This document shows positions 26,994 through 36,221 of a DNA stretch of 64,000 nt, one piece after another. Below the pieces are notes generated by a model. That model was not told the DNA's origin, did not search any database, and saw only the letters and a list, made by a program, of their open reading frames with translations. This DNA is from a virus (lineage: Duplodnaviria > Caudoviricetes): positions 1 through 64,000 of the IMG/VR virus record IMGVR_UViG_3300020577_012961. One strand, written 5' to 3'. The first letter of the stretch is position 1; every line of letters begins with the position of its first letter. Both the position numbers and the translations under genes were made by a program.

Positions 26994-29387
26994 ATGGGCC
27001 TCACCAACGTCCAGCGGGTCGTCTTCGACCTGAGCGGCGCGGCGCTCCCGTACAGCCAGAGCATCGGCACCGTCGCTGTCGGCGACGTGGTGCTGTTCCA
27101 AGTCCTCAATCGCACCTCCACGGGTTGCAACTTCTCGGGGCAGATCACCGACTCGGGCGCCGGCAACAACCTCCAGCAGATCACCTTCATCGACGACGGC
27201 ACGCGCGGCCGGACGGAGCTGTGGGGCTGCATCTGCACCGCCGCCGGCACGATGGTTATCAACATCGGCGCCGGCTCCGCGCCCTATGCCGGCTTCGACC
27301 ACATCTTTATCGAGATCGGTCAATGGTCGACGAGTGGCGGGACGGCCGCCATTGCCACGCACTCCGAGCTGGCGATCCCGTTCACCAGCTTCACGAGCCT
27401 GAGCGGCAACTCGCTCACCTTCGCCCTCGACGGCATCGTCGCCGCCTTCTTCGGTGGCGTCGGCATCGGCAACGACGTACCGACGCCGGACTCGGGTTGG
27501 ACGCTCACCAATCACGGGGCGCCGAACCAAGCCGTCTGCATGGTCGACAAGGATGTGGTGGCGGCCGACTCTCCGGTCACCCCGCACATCCAGTTCGGCG
27601 GCGGCGCTTTCGAGTACGGCAACTGCCTCGCCGTCATGGTGAGCTTCACCGCCTCGGGGGGAAGCGCCACCCCCGACGAGGACGACCCCGCCCCGCCCCG
27701 CGCCCCCTCGCGCAGCTGGGCCGCAGCCGCCCTGGCACTGGCGGCGCTGTCCGGCGGCGTCGACGAGCTGCCCCCGCAGGCGGCGGCCACGATCGTCGAG
27801 GACGTTCCGGCCTACGCCTCGCCGCCCCCGCTTCTCGCGGCGCGCGCTGCGCCGACGGTCGCACCGGATGAGTCGTGGTTCGCGTCGGCCTACGACGACG
27901 AGGCCATCCTCTGCCCCTACCGCTGCGTCGGGCCGGTCGCCCAGCAGCAGCGCACCATCGCGGCACAGGCCGCGGCGTACCAGCAAGGGCCACACGAGGA
28001 TCTGTGGTTCCAGAGCACGCCGGACGACGCCCCCACGTCAACGTGGGCACCGCCTCCGGTCGCATGGCTCTACGCCGAAGAGGCGAGCACCGGGCTGTCG
28101 GCCGCGGCCGACGAGCTTCCGGTCACAACCACATCCATCGTCGACGACCTGCCGACCTGGCAGCCGGCGCCACCTCCCTACGTTCTGCTCTTCGCGGAGG
28201 AGGCCTCGCAGGTCTACGCGCCGACGGACGAGAGCTGGTTTGCCAGTGCCGTCGATGACGAAGCGGTGCTGTGTCCGCTCCGTTGTGGGGGGCCGCTCGG
28301 TATCCAGCGCACTGCAGCCGCGGCGCAGGCCGCCGCCTCGATGCAGAGCCTCGGCGAAGAGTGGCCGACACCACCGCCGACGGCGATCGTTGACGACGAT
28401 CCGGGGTTCGTTCCACCGCCGCCTCCTGCCCTGCTCCTCTTCGCCGAAGAGGCGTCGCAGGGCCAGACGGCGCCCGACGATTCCTGGTTCGCAAGCGCGG
28501 TAGACGAAGGCCCGCTTTCCTGGCCGCCCCCGCCGTACCCGCTCCCTGCGCCCGGGCTTGTCGCGCCGTTCGACGAGTGGATGCCGCAGCCAGGCATCTT
28601 CGGTCTAGACGACGAGGCGACGCAGCCGGTCACCCCGCCGCGGTTCGATCTGCCGTCGTTCGGTCGGGCTGCAGCGACGATTCCGACCTTCGTTGACGAG
28701 CTCTACTTCCAGAGCACACCCGACGACACTGAGCCGGGCGCCTATCCGCCGCCGCCAAACCTGCTTCTCTACGCGGAGGAGAGCGCCGCCGCGTTCGCTC
28801 CAGCGGTCGATGATGTTCCGTCGATCGTTGACGAGGATAGCTCCTGGCCTCCGCCGCCGCCCTCGCGACGGGTGGCGGTCGTCAGTGGTGCCCACGAGGA
28901 AGCGCCCTTCGGCGTCGTCGATGACGACACGGGGGCGTGGTTCCGACCTGCAGCTGCACGGGTTCCCGTTGCGGCGGCTACGGCCGTGGACGAGTTCGTT
29001 GGCACGCTGCCGGTGGATGACGAGGTGGTCCAGCCGGTCACGCCGCCGCGGTTCGACGTGCTGGCGGCGCGTGCGTCGGCCGCCGCGTGGGCGAATGCGG
29101 ACGAGCTCTTCTTCGCCGGCATCGTCGATGACGACCCGACGCAGCTTCAGCCGCCCCCGCCGCAGTGGACCGTCCGGATCGGACGGGCTCCTGACGACAG
29201 CGCGGCCGGCCTCTTCCGCGGCGCGCCCCGCCCCCTCTGCGGCCACCTGTCCGAGCGATCGGAGGTGACTGTGGAGTTCGCCGAATGGGCCGAGGGCAAC
29301 ACCCTGCTGCGCGAGTGGCCGGACGCGGTTGCCACCGTCACCGAGGGCGAGGCCGTCTCCGCTGTCCTGACTGAAAGGCGCTGCTGA
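26994..29387 (+). CDS. 797-aa protein: N-terminal beta domain plus acidic Pro-rich repeat region
   Basis: Repeated SWFASA, [YF]AEE, FQSTPDD and QPVTPPRFD motifs; coupled to neighbours. Confidence 0.7.
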   Translation: MGLTNVQRVVFDLSGAALPYSQSIGTVAVGDVVLFQVLNRTSTGCNFSGQITDSGAGNNLQQITFIDDGTRGRTELWGCICTAAGTMVINIGAGSAPYAGFDHIFIEIGQWSTSGGTAAIATHSELAIPFTSFTSLSGNSLTFALDGIVAAFFGGVGIGNDVPTPDSGWTLTNHGAPNQAVCMVDKDVVAADSPVTPHIQFGGGAFEYGNCLAVMVSFTASGGSATPDEDDPAPPRAPSRSWAAAALALAALSGGVDELPPQAAATIVEDVPAYASPPPLLAARAAPTVAPDESWFASAYDDEAILCPYRCVGPVAQQQRTIAAQAAAYQQGPHEDLWFQSTPDDAPTSTWAPPPVAWLYAEEASTGLSAAADELPVTTTSIVDDLPTWQPAPPPYVLLFAEEASQVYAPTDESWFASAVDDEAVLCPLRCGGPLGIQRTAAAAQAAASMQSLGEEWPTPPPTAIVDDDPGFVPPPPPALLLFAEEASQGQTAPDDSWFASAVDEGPLSWPPPPYPLPAPGLVAPFDEWMPQPGIFGLDDEATQPVTPPRFDLPSFGRAAATIPTFVDELYFQSTPDDTEPGAYPPPPNLLLYAEESAAAFAPAVDDVPSIVDEDSSWPPPPPSRRVAVVSGAHEEAPFGVVDDDTGAWFRPAAARVPVAAATAVDEFVGTLPVDDEVVQPVTPPRFDVLAARASAAAWANADELFFAGIVDDDPTQLQPPPPQWTVRIGRAPDDSAAGLFRGAPRPLCGHLSERSEVTVEFAEWAEGNTLLREWPDAVATVTEGEAVSAVLTERRC

Positions 29388-30106
29388 TGGGATCGACCCT
29401 CGCCACCGCCCTGGAATACGACCAGGGCAAAGTGATCGCGCTGCGCTGGGATCTCACCGAGAACGCCGGTGCGTGGAGCCCCTTCATCCAGTACCAGGTG
29501 AACGACTTCGCGAAGTACCAGTCGAAGACGTGGAAGGCGCTGCGCGCGTCTCTCGGCTCCGCGCCGAGCGAGGGCGCCGACTGGACCGCGGACCCGGCGC
29601 GCGTCGATCCCGACACCCTGGCTTTCGCGGTGACGCCGCCGGGGTACTCAACCAAGGTACACACGCTCATCTCGGCGGGCACCATCCTCGAGAAGCGCGG
29701 CGCCGGCGTCTACGAGGCGCGCATCAACACCACGCCGGCAGCGGGCATCTGGAAGGCCGAGCTGCTCGGGAGCGGCTCGGGCCAGACCGCGCTGCCCTAC
29801 TACGCCAAGGTGATCGCGGGCGCCGTGGCAATGCCGTTCACGCCCGGCGTCGATTCAGGCTCGTATTTCAAGCCCCTGCTCCACACCATCACCGCGCAGG
29901 AGATCAACGCGGCGGTGCCGGTTCAGGTGGCCTGCGACGACTTCGTACCGACGAGCGCGGTCGCCTTCGTCGTCGGCGGCGCCAACGTCTCTGACCTGGC
30001 GAACTGCGATGGAAGCAACTACTGGGTGAACATCGCCATCAGCGACGGGGTCAATCCCTCGCCGTTCAACGCCGGTGACACCCTCATGATCTTCGCGATG
30101 AGGTAG
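29387..30106 (+). CDS. Putative structural protein with CBM5/12-like carbohydrate-binding module
   Basis: AW.....Y.VND...YQSKTWKA......P....DW motif. Confidence 0.6.
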   Translation: MGSTLATALEYDQGKVIALRWDLTENAGAWSPFIQYQVNDFAKYQSKTWKALRASLGSAPSEGADWTADPARVDPDTLAFAVTPPGYSTKVHTLISAGTILEKRGAGVYEARINTTPAAGIWKAELLGSGSGQTALPYYAKVIAGAVAMPFTPGVDSGSYFKPLLHTITAQEINAAVPVQVACDDFVPTSAVAFVVGGANVSDLANCDGSNYWVNIAISDGVNPSPFNAGDTLMIFAMR

Positions 30107-30109
30107 CCG

Positions 30110-31690
30110 ATGCTTCGCTTGCTCTTCTCGCTGCTCGGGGCCTTGCTGCTCCTTGCGCCCTCTCCGGCCGCCGCGCAGTCACCGCCGCTGCGCACCATCA
30201 TGGTGAACGGCACGGCCGTCACCGTTCCATGGTCCGTCCTCAACTTCACTGGCACCGGGGTCACCTACAGCAACGACGCGCTCAACAAGCGCATGGTGAT
30301 CAACATCTCGGGGGTCTCGGGGTCCACCTCCCAGAACTACCTCTTCGCCGGCCCCACGTCGGGAAGCGGGACTCCGTCCTTCCGATCTCTCGTCCTCGGA
30401 GACCTTCCTGGGACGGTCAAGTCGAGGCCCTACTTCGACATCCGCGACTATGGTGCCGTCGCCGGCTCCGACGTGGCGCCGGCGGTGCAAGCGGCGTTCG
30501 ATGCGGCGTGCGCCGCGGGCACCGGCACGGTCGTCATGCCGTCGCGCGACTCGTCGGGCGCTGCCGTGGTGTGGCTCTGGCAGTCGGCGGTCAGCGTCAA
30601 CTGCGCGCCCGGCGGCATCGGGCCGTTCCCCATCCTCAACCTCCAGGGTCCGAGCACGGTACTCGTCACCGCTGGATCGGGCGCTCCCTACGTGGCGCTC
30701 ACCGTCTCCAACGCAAGCCGCTTCACCGTCGAAGGGATCAAGTTCTACGGCACCCGCGACACCGCCCACCCGACGACCGCGCCCAACCCGCTCTCGGGGG
30801 TGATCTCGGCCACCAAGGTGCGGGTGCTCCGCTGCGAGTTCAACGGGATCATGCTCGACCGGCCCGTCGGCCCGCTGTGCCTCTTCCCCGACAACGCGGT
30901 GGTGTTCGGCCAGGACGTCGAGGTCGACGACGTGGTCTTCGCCGCGGTCGGGGGCTCCTGCCAGGCCGTCGTGCGCGCCAAGGACTACGTCAACCTCTCG
31001 GTGCGCAACACCTACTTCATCGACTTCTTCACCCTCGACAACGTGAACATGATTCCGGCCTCCGGCGACTACGTCTATTCGTCGATTGTCGCGCTCGACC
31101 CCGACTCAACCACCGACGTGAGCCACTTCGGCGCGAGCCGGGTGCTCATCGACAACGTCCGAATCGACGAGGGGACCGGCGGCGGGGGCGAGCAGGTGAT
31201 CATCGCCAACACCTTCCCCGTCTCCGGCCGCCCGCCGGTTCCCTACGTGCAGGTGAACGCGGTGCAGGAGATGGTGGGGCCGTCGGCGAGCACCACGGGG
31301 CTGCGGATCGAGGGCGCCAAGAAGGTCCACGTCAGGGACTGGCTCGTCTACCACGGCAGCGTCTCGAGCACCGCTCTCCTGCTCCGCAACGTCGACGAGG
31401 CCACCATCCAGGGCACCTACACCATCGCCTCGGGCGGGTCGATCACGAAGGTGGACGCCGACAGCTCAGTGGGGGTGCTTCGGCTCATCGACTCGCACCT
31501 CAGCGCGTCGGGGGTCACAGCGGTGCAGATCATCCAGGAAAAGTCTGCCTGGCCGTTCAACCTCTTCAACTTCACCAACGCCACGCGCCCGGCGGCCAAT
31601 GCCGTGCGGCCCGGCGCGCTCATCTGGAACACGCAGACCAGCCAGGTGCAAGTGAGCGACGGCGCCAACTGGCTCATCGTCGGGCCGTAG
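30110..31690 (+). CDS. Pectate-lyase-3-like beta-helix depolymerase/tailspike with signal peptide
   Basis: FDIRDYGAV..DVAPAVQAAFDA motif, beta-helix repeats; MLRLLFSLLGALLLLAPSPAAA-Q signal. Confidence 0.7.
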   Translation: MLRLLFSLLGALLLLAPSPAAAQSPPLRTIMVNGTAVTVPWSVLNFTGTGVTYSNDALNKRMVINISGVSGSTSQNYLFAGPTSGSGTPSFRSLVLGDLPGTVKSRPYFDIRDYGAVAGSDVAPAVQAAFDAACAAGTGTVVMPSRDSSGAAVVWLWQSAVSVNCAPGGIGPFPILNLQGPSTVLVTAGSGAPYVALTVSNASRFTVEGIKFYGTRDTAHPTTAPNPLSGVISATKVRVLRCEFNGIMLDRPVGPLCLFPDNAVVFGQDVEVDDVVFAAVGGSCQAVVRAKDYVNLSVRNTYFIDFFTLDNVNMIPASGDYVYSSIVALDPDSTTDVSHFGASRVLIDNVRIDEGTGGGGEQVIIANTFPVSGRPPVPYVQVNAVQEMVGPSASTTGLRIEGAKKVHVRDWLVYHGSVSSTALLLRNVDEATIQGTYTIASGGSITKVDADSSVGVLRLIDSHLSASGVTAVQIIQEKSAWPFNLFNFTNATRPAANAVRPGALIWNTQTSQVQVSDGANWLIVGP

Positions 31691-31742
31691 CCCGGGCGGT
31701 GCATCCCTCAACTGCGCCTGTCCCGACAGGCGAGGAGATCCC

Positions 31743-32753
31743 ATGCGCAAGATCCGTCTCGCTCTCGGCCTCACGCTGGTTCTCGGAGTGGGCCCCTTTC
31801 TCCCCACCGCCGCGTTCGCCCAGGCCGACGCCGTCGCCGCCGCTGATGCAGCGCCCGTCGTCGCACCCGCACCGCCTGCCGCCGCGCCCGTGCCGCTCGA
31901 CGACCCAGCCGAGCTCGCGGCCCGCGCCGTGACCGCGGCCGACCAGGGCGACTGGCGGGTGCTGGCGGTTGCGCTCCTCGCGCTCGCCGGCTTCCTCCTC
32001 CGCAACAAGACGCCAACCGATGGCGCGGTCGGGGTCTTCCTGCACAGCAAGAAGGGCGCGCTGCTCGTGTCCGCCGTGTCCGCCGGCATCGGATCGGCCG
32101 TTCCGGCCCTGCAGGGGGGCGCCAGCGTGCGAGCGGTGGTGATCAGCGCGGTGGCCTCTGCGGTCGGCGCCTTCATGGGGTGGCTCACGCCGGCGCCCGC
32201 GGCCGCCAAGGGCGGTGCAGCGGTGGCCGTGGTGGTGGTGCTGATGCTCGGGGGCTGCGGCGCCGCGGCCGGGGACGGCCTGGCCACCGTGATAGTGATG
32301 GGCCTGCTGGCGGGGGCCCTCGCCTTCGCCGTCCACGCCATACGCTCGAAGGGCATTCCGATGGTCGTGCTGGCGCTCGCCACGGGGCTGGCGGCCTCGA
32401 GCGGCTGCGGCGCCTCGCAGAAGCAGGTCTTCTACACCACCACGATCGCCACCGTGCAGACCCTCGACGAGGGGATCGGCGTTTTCACGAAGTGGGCGGT
32501 CGTCGAGGAGGACCACATCGCCGATGGCGCGATCGACGCCTGCAAAAGCAAGGCGACGATGACGCTCTACATGGCCTGCACCAACGACTTCACCGGACCC
32601 CGCCGCGCGCCCATCGACAAGGCCAAGACCGCGATCCGCGTCTACCAGGGCGCGAAGGTGGCCGGCACCGGCGCGGCGAGCGTTGACCTCGCAGGCGCGG
32701 CGAAGGGCGTGGTCGAGGCCCTGGGAGCCGTTGGCATCAAGGTGGGGGGCTGA
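31743..32753 (+). CDS. Multi-pass membrane protein, putative holin/spanin-like lysis protein
   Basis: Signal peptide, several hydrophobic helices, two internal lipobox-like motifs; lysis region. Confidence 0.5.
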   Translation: MRKIRLALGLTLVLGVGPFLPTAAFAQADAVAAADAAPVVAPAPPAAAPVPLDDPAELAARAVTAADQGDWRVLAVALLALAGFLLRNKTPTDGAVGVFLHSKKGALLVSAVSAGIGSAVPALQGGASVRAVVISAVASAVGAFMGWLTPAPAAAKGGAAVAVVVVLMLGGCGAAAGDGLATVIVMGLLAGALAFAVHAIRSKGIPMVVLALATGLAASSGCGASQKQVFYTTTIATVQTLDEGIGVFTKWAVVEEDHIADGAIDACKSKATMTLYMACTNDFTGPRRAPIDKAKTAIRVYQGAKVAGTGAASVDLAGAAKGVVEALGAVGIKVGG

Positions 32754-32755
32754 CC

Positions 32756-33118
32756 GTGGACTCGATCGCCGTCGCAAAGACCGCCCTCGAGATCGTCCGG
32801 CTGGGCGGGCAGACCGTCGCCGGGCTCAACCTCAACCCCGTCGCCACGCTTGCCGCTACCGCGGTCGCCGGCGCCACGCAGGTGGCCCTCAACGCCATCG
32901 ACAACGCCGAGAAGAGCGAGGCCGAGGCGCTCGCCGCGCTGAAGGCGACGCTGGCCAGCTCGATCGCCGCGGTCGACCAGCGGCTCGGCGACCTTGACGC
33001 GGCCCGGCGCGCCGCCGACGACAAGATCGCCGCCCACGCCCCGCCTGGGCAGTCCGACAAGGCCGCCGCCGACCTGGTGGCGGACGTCAAGGCCGAGCCC
33101 GGCTCCACCGCACCCTGA
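32756..33118 (+). CDS. Hypothetical protein (lysis region)
   Basis: Ala-rich helical; coupled to upstream gene. Confidence 0.55.
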   Translation: MDSIAVAKTALEIVRLGGQTVAGLNLNPVATLAATAVAGATQVALNAIDNAEKSEAEALAALKATLASSIAAVDQRLGDLDAARRAADDKIAAHAPPGQSDKAAADLVADVKAEPGSTAP

Positions 33119-33140
33119 CGTAGCAGTAGAGGAACCGGCC

Positions 33141-33167
33141 CCCGCCCCGACTGCGAATCGGGGCGGG
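33141..33167. terminator. Intergenic hairpin
   Basis: cccgccccga/tcggggcggg 10-bp stem. Confidence 0.45.
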
Positions 33168-33263
33168 AGCCTGACACGACGGGCGCCTGTAGTCGCCTGC
33201 CGCGCTGCCGGGGATGCTCCCGCAGGCCCGGTGCGCGATCAAGCCCGTCCTCGGAGCCTGGTC

Positions 33264-33794
33264 ATGCTGCTGCTCGCGCTGCTGGAGGCTGGGGCGTCGG
33301 CGTCGGAAGTCGCGGCGCAGGCTGGGCCCGCCACCATCTTCACCGCCATCGTTGCCGTTGCCGGGGCTGTGGGTGCGCTTTCCCTCGGCATCGGTCCCTC
33401 GCTCAAAGTCTACGCAGAAGCGAAGGCCGAGGAGCGCAAGGCGGCCGCCGAGGCGCAGAAGGCCGCCGAAGCGCAGAAGGCGGCCGCCGTCGACGAGAAG
33501 AAGCTCGCCGAGCACGTCCTCGCGGTGTTCCGCGCCTACTACGGCGACCGCGTGGTGCAGCTGCTCAAGCACCACCTCGAAATCCACGACGCCACCTTCG
33601 GCAACAAGGTGACGGGCACCGACGGAATCAAGCAGCACGTCGAGAGGCTCGAGGAGCTTGCCCAGTCCATCGCCGCCGAGGTGAGCGAGATGTACCGCCA
33701 TCAGGCCGAGGCCCGACACCAGCAAGAACTTGTCGCCGCGGCGGAGCGGGCGATGGCCGGCGGCGGCACCAACCCTGGAACCGGAAGGCGCTGA
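33264..33794 (+). CDS. Membrane protein with coiled coil (holin- or spanin-like)
   Basis: GGAG RBS, one TM segment followed by coiled coil. Confidence 0.5.
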   Translation: MLLLALLEAGASASEVAAQAGPATIFTAIVAVAGAVGALSLGIGPSLKVYAEAKAEERKAAAEAQKAAEAQKAAAVDEKKLAEHVLAVFRAYYGDRVVQLLKHHLEIHDATFGNKVTGTDGIKQHVERLEELAQSIAAEVSEMYRHQAEARHQQELVAAAERAMAGGGTNPGTGRR

Positions 33795-33797
33795 TCC

Positions 33798-34094
33798 ATG
33801 ACGGTATCGTCTGGCCACGACTCCCTCTCGCCTGCGTCCTCGGCGGTGCCTGCGGCCATCGACGTCGAGGAAGTCACCGATCCGATGCACGCCCTGCCGA
33901 TCGCGGCGCAACCTGACGAACCCGACGAGCCCGCGCGACTTCCGCCGCCTCCGGCGGGCCCGCGCCGCCGCCACTCGTCCTACGGAGCCACCGAGGCGTT
34001 CTGGCGGCGGGGGCTGCCGCTGGCGCTGGTGTGGATCGCGTTCTGGCTGGGCCTGCTCCACAAACAGCAGCTCGCGCGGGCCCTCGGGTTGTGA
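33798..34094 (+). CDS. Small membrane protein
   Basis: C-terminal TM helix; just before the putative lysin. Confidence 0.5.
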   Translation: MTVSSGHDSLSPASSAVPAAIDVEEVTDPMHALPIAAQPDEPDEPARLPPPPAGPRRRHSSYGATEAFWRRGLPLALVWIAFWLGLLHKQQLARALGL

Positions 34095-34099
34095 CCGCC

Positions 34100-34729
34100 A
34101 TGCCCACCAACCGCATCACCATCGGCGGCATCGGCGTCGAGCAGGTCGGGCTGGCGTTCGTGTGGACGGGGCCGCTCGCCATCGACGCGGACGGCGCACC
34201 CACCGCGTATCACCCCGACGGCAAGAGCGGCCTCGACTTCCTGGCGAACGCCGGCAAGCCCGGCAACTGGTACGGGATCGTGACCGACACGGGGACGCGC
34301 GGCGGGGCTCCCGTCGTCCAGGGCCAAGGCGACCCGTGCCCGGGGTACTTCATCTCGCCCACCTCGCTCTTCGACCCGACGAAGAAGCGCACCGACCCGC
34401 GCCGCTACGTCGACAGCTCCACCGTCCCCTACCTCGCCGTGCCGCCCGAGCTGCGGACGCTGGGCGTGGGGCTGGGAGACGTCGCCCTGGTCGAGTACCA
34501 CGGCAGGTCGTCGCCGGCGATCGTTGCGGACGTGGGCCCGCGCGGGAAGTTGGGGGAGGGGTCGATCGCGCTGGCCAAAGCGATCGGCGTGCCCGAGTCC
34601 CCCCGCCGTGGTGGCACGGGCAACGGCGTCCAGGTGACGCTCTGGCCGGGGACCTCGAAGGGGTGGCCGCGGAGCCTCGACGACATCGCCGCCCAGGTGC
34701 AGGGGCTGCGGGCGGGAGCGCCGGCCTGA
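34100..34729 (+). CDS. GH75 (chitosanase-like) glycoside hydrolase, putative endolysin
   Basis: IDADGA, YVD...VPY.AVP, LGDVA, ADVGP...GEGSIALA motifs; start may be GTG 34091. Confidence 0.78.
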   Translation: MPTNRITIGGIGVEQVGLAFVWTGPLAIDADGAPTAYHPDGKSGLDFLANAGKPGNWYGIVTDTGTRGGAPVVQGQGDPCPGYFISPTSLFDPTKKRTDPRRYVDSSTVPYLAVPPELRTLGVGLGDVALVEYHGRSSPAIVADVGPRGKLGEGSIALAKAIGVPESPRRGGTGNGVQVTLWPGTSKGWPRSLDDIAAQVQGLRAGAPA

Positions 34730-35169
34730 TGCGCGAGTTCACCCAGACCAACACCTCGCCGGGCAACTGCCACCAGACCGCGGTGGCGTGCCTGCTTGAG
34801 GTGGGCCCCGAGAAGCTGCCCGACCAGGTGGAGATCGAGTCGAGCGGCCGCAGCTGGCACAACGCGATCCGGGCCTACCTGTACCGCCACCACAGCGGCC
34901 TCATGCTCTTCGACCAGGTCCGGTTTCCTCTGTTCGGCGCCCTCGCCCCCACCGGCCACCACCTGATGGTCGGGGAGACGGTGAGGACGCCGGAGAGCGG
35001 CATCCTCCACGTCGTGGTGGGCTACCGGGGCCGCGAGGTGTGGGACCCGCACCCGTCGCGCGCCGGCCTCACCCGCTGCACGACGTGGGAGTTCCTGGCG
35101 CCCATCGAAGAGGGGTGGCGCGAGACCTGGGACCGGGTGCCCTGCGTCTGCCCGGCCTGCGCCACCTGA
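34729..35169 (+). CDS. Papain-fold (C39-like) Cys peptidase-like protein
   Basis: Q.....GNC...AVACLL, HVVV, VWDPHP (Cys-His-Asp). Confidence 0.6.
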   Translation: MREFTQTNTSPGNCHQTAVACLLEVGPEKLPDQVEIESSGRSWHNAIRAYLYRHHSGLMLFDQVRFPLFGALAPTGHHLMVGETVRTPESGILHVVVGYRGREVWDPHPSRAGLTRCTTWEFLAPIEEGWRETWDRVPCVCPACAT

Positions 35170-35203
35170 CCACCGCCGTCCCCGACGGCACGAAGGAGAC
35201 CTG

Positions 35204-35857
35204 ATGCGTCGAATCGAGCTCGTCACCAACGGCGGCGACCCCCGGATGGGCAGTTCCCAACGCGTGCACCTTGCGTGGGTGGAGATCGCCCCCTTCGTCA
35301 GCGCCCGCATGCCCGACGTGGTCGTGTGGGGCAACCGCTGCTTCCAGCGAGAGGTGCGGCCCGACTCCGACCAGCGCGACGCCTTCGACGCCTGGTGGTA
35401 CGTCGAGTGCTTTGCCGTTATGTCGCTGACGCCGTCGCCGGGCCTGCCGGTCTGCAAGCACGGCAAGGTCGCCGACACCTGCGGCGACTGCGAGGCCGAG
35501 AACCCGACGCCGCTGCGCGCGGCGCCCCCGCCGGTCGACCGCACCGCCGTCCAGCTCACCGACGGCTCGCCGGTCACCGCCGACCACCGCGAGATCCGCC
35601 CCGACGGCCAGCAGAAGGGCTACGTGGTGCTGTCCGACGAGGAGCGCGCCAAAGGGTTCGTCCGCCCGGTCCGCAGCACCTACGTCCACGAGAAGTGCGG
35701 CGGCATCACCACGATGGGCCGTTCCCTCGCCGAGACCTACGCCCGCGATCCGGCGTTCTACTCGGGGACCTTCTGCGCCACCTGCCGCAGTCACTTCCCG
35801 GTCGGCGCCGAAGGCGAGTTCGTGTGGAGCGGGACCGACATCAAGGTCGGGACCTGA
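35204..35857 (+). CDS. Phage hypothetical Zn-binding protein
   Basis: GFVRPVR..YVH..CG...TYARDP.FY..TFC..C motif. Confidence 0.65.
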   Translation: MRRIELVTNGGDPRMGSSQRVHLAWVEIAPFVSARMPDVVVWGNRCFQREVRPDSDQRDAFDAWWYVECFAVMSLTPSPGLPVCKHGKVADTCGDCEAENPTPLRAAPPPVDRTAVQLTDGSPVTADHREIRPDGQQKGYVVLSDEERAKGFVRPVRSTYVHEKCGGITTMGRSLAETYARDPAFYSGTFCATCRSHFPVGAEGEFVWSGTDIKVGT

Positions 35858-36221
35858 TCGGTAGCCGCTCGGTAGCCGCCGAGGCCCGGATCGGGCCGCT
35901 GCCGGCAACTTTCGAGCAACCGAGGACGTGCCGTGCCCGCCCCATCCCCGAAGCCAACCCCCACTGCCCGCCAGATCCTCGCCAAGACGCACCCCAAGCA
36001 CCTCCACCACGGCGCCAGCTACCAGCGAACCAGGCCCGATGGCGCTCAGGTCTACGCCTGCGGGTGCGGGGACGCGCTGGTGGTGAAGGCCGCCGATCTG
36101 GCGAAGCTCTGAGCCGCTGAACCAGTCCTCACATTTCGTCCCGAAAAAGAGGAAACGTCCGTCGCTGGCGATGCGCGCCTGCGGCGCTCGCCGAAACAAT
36201 CCAGCACAGGAGACCCCGCCC

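Noticed and set aside
28690-28725. TEV-like cleavage site (DELYFQS)
   Set aside because: Imperfect match, most likely coincidental within a repeat motif; no 3C-like protease present
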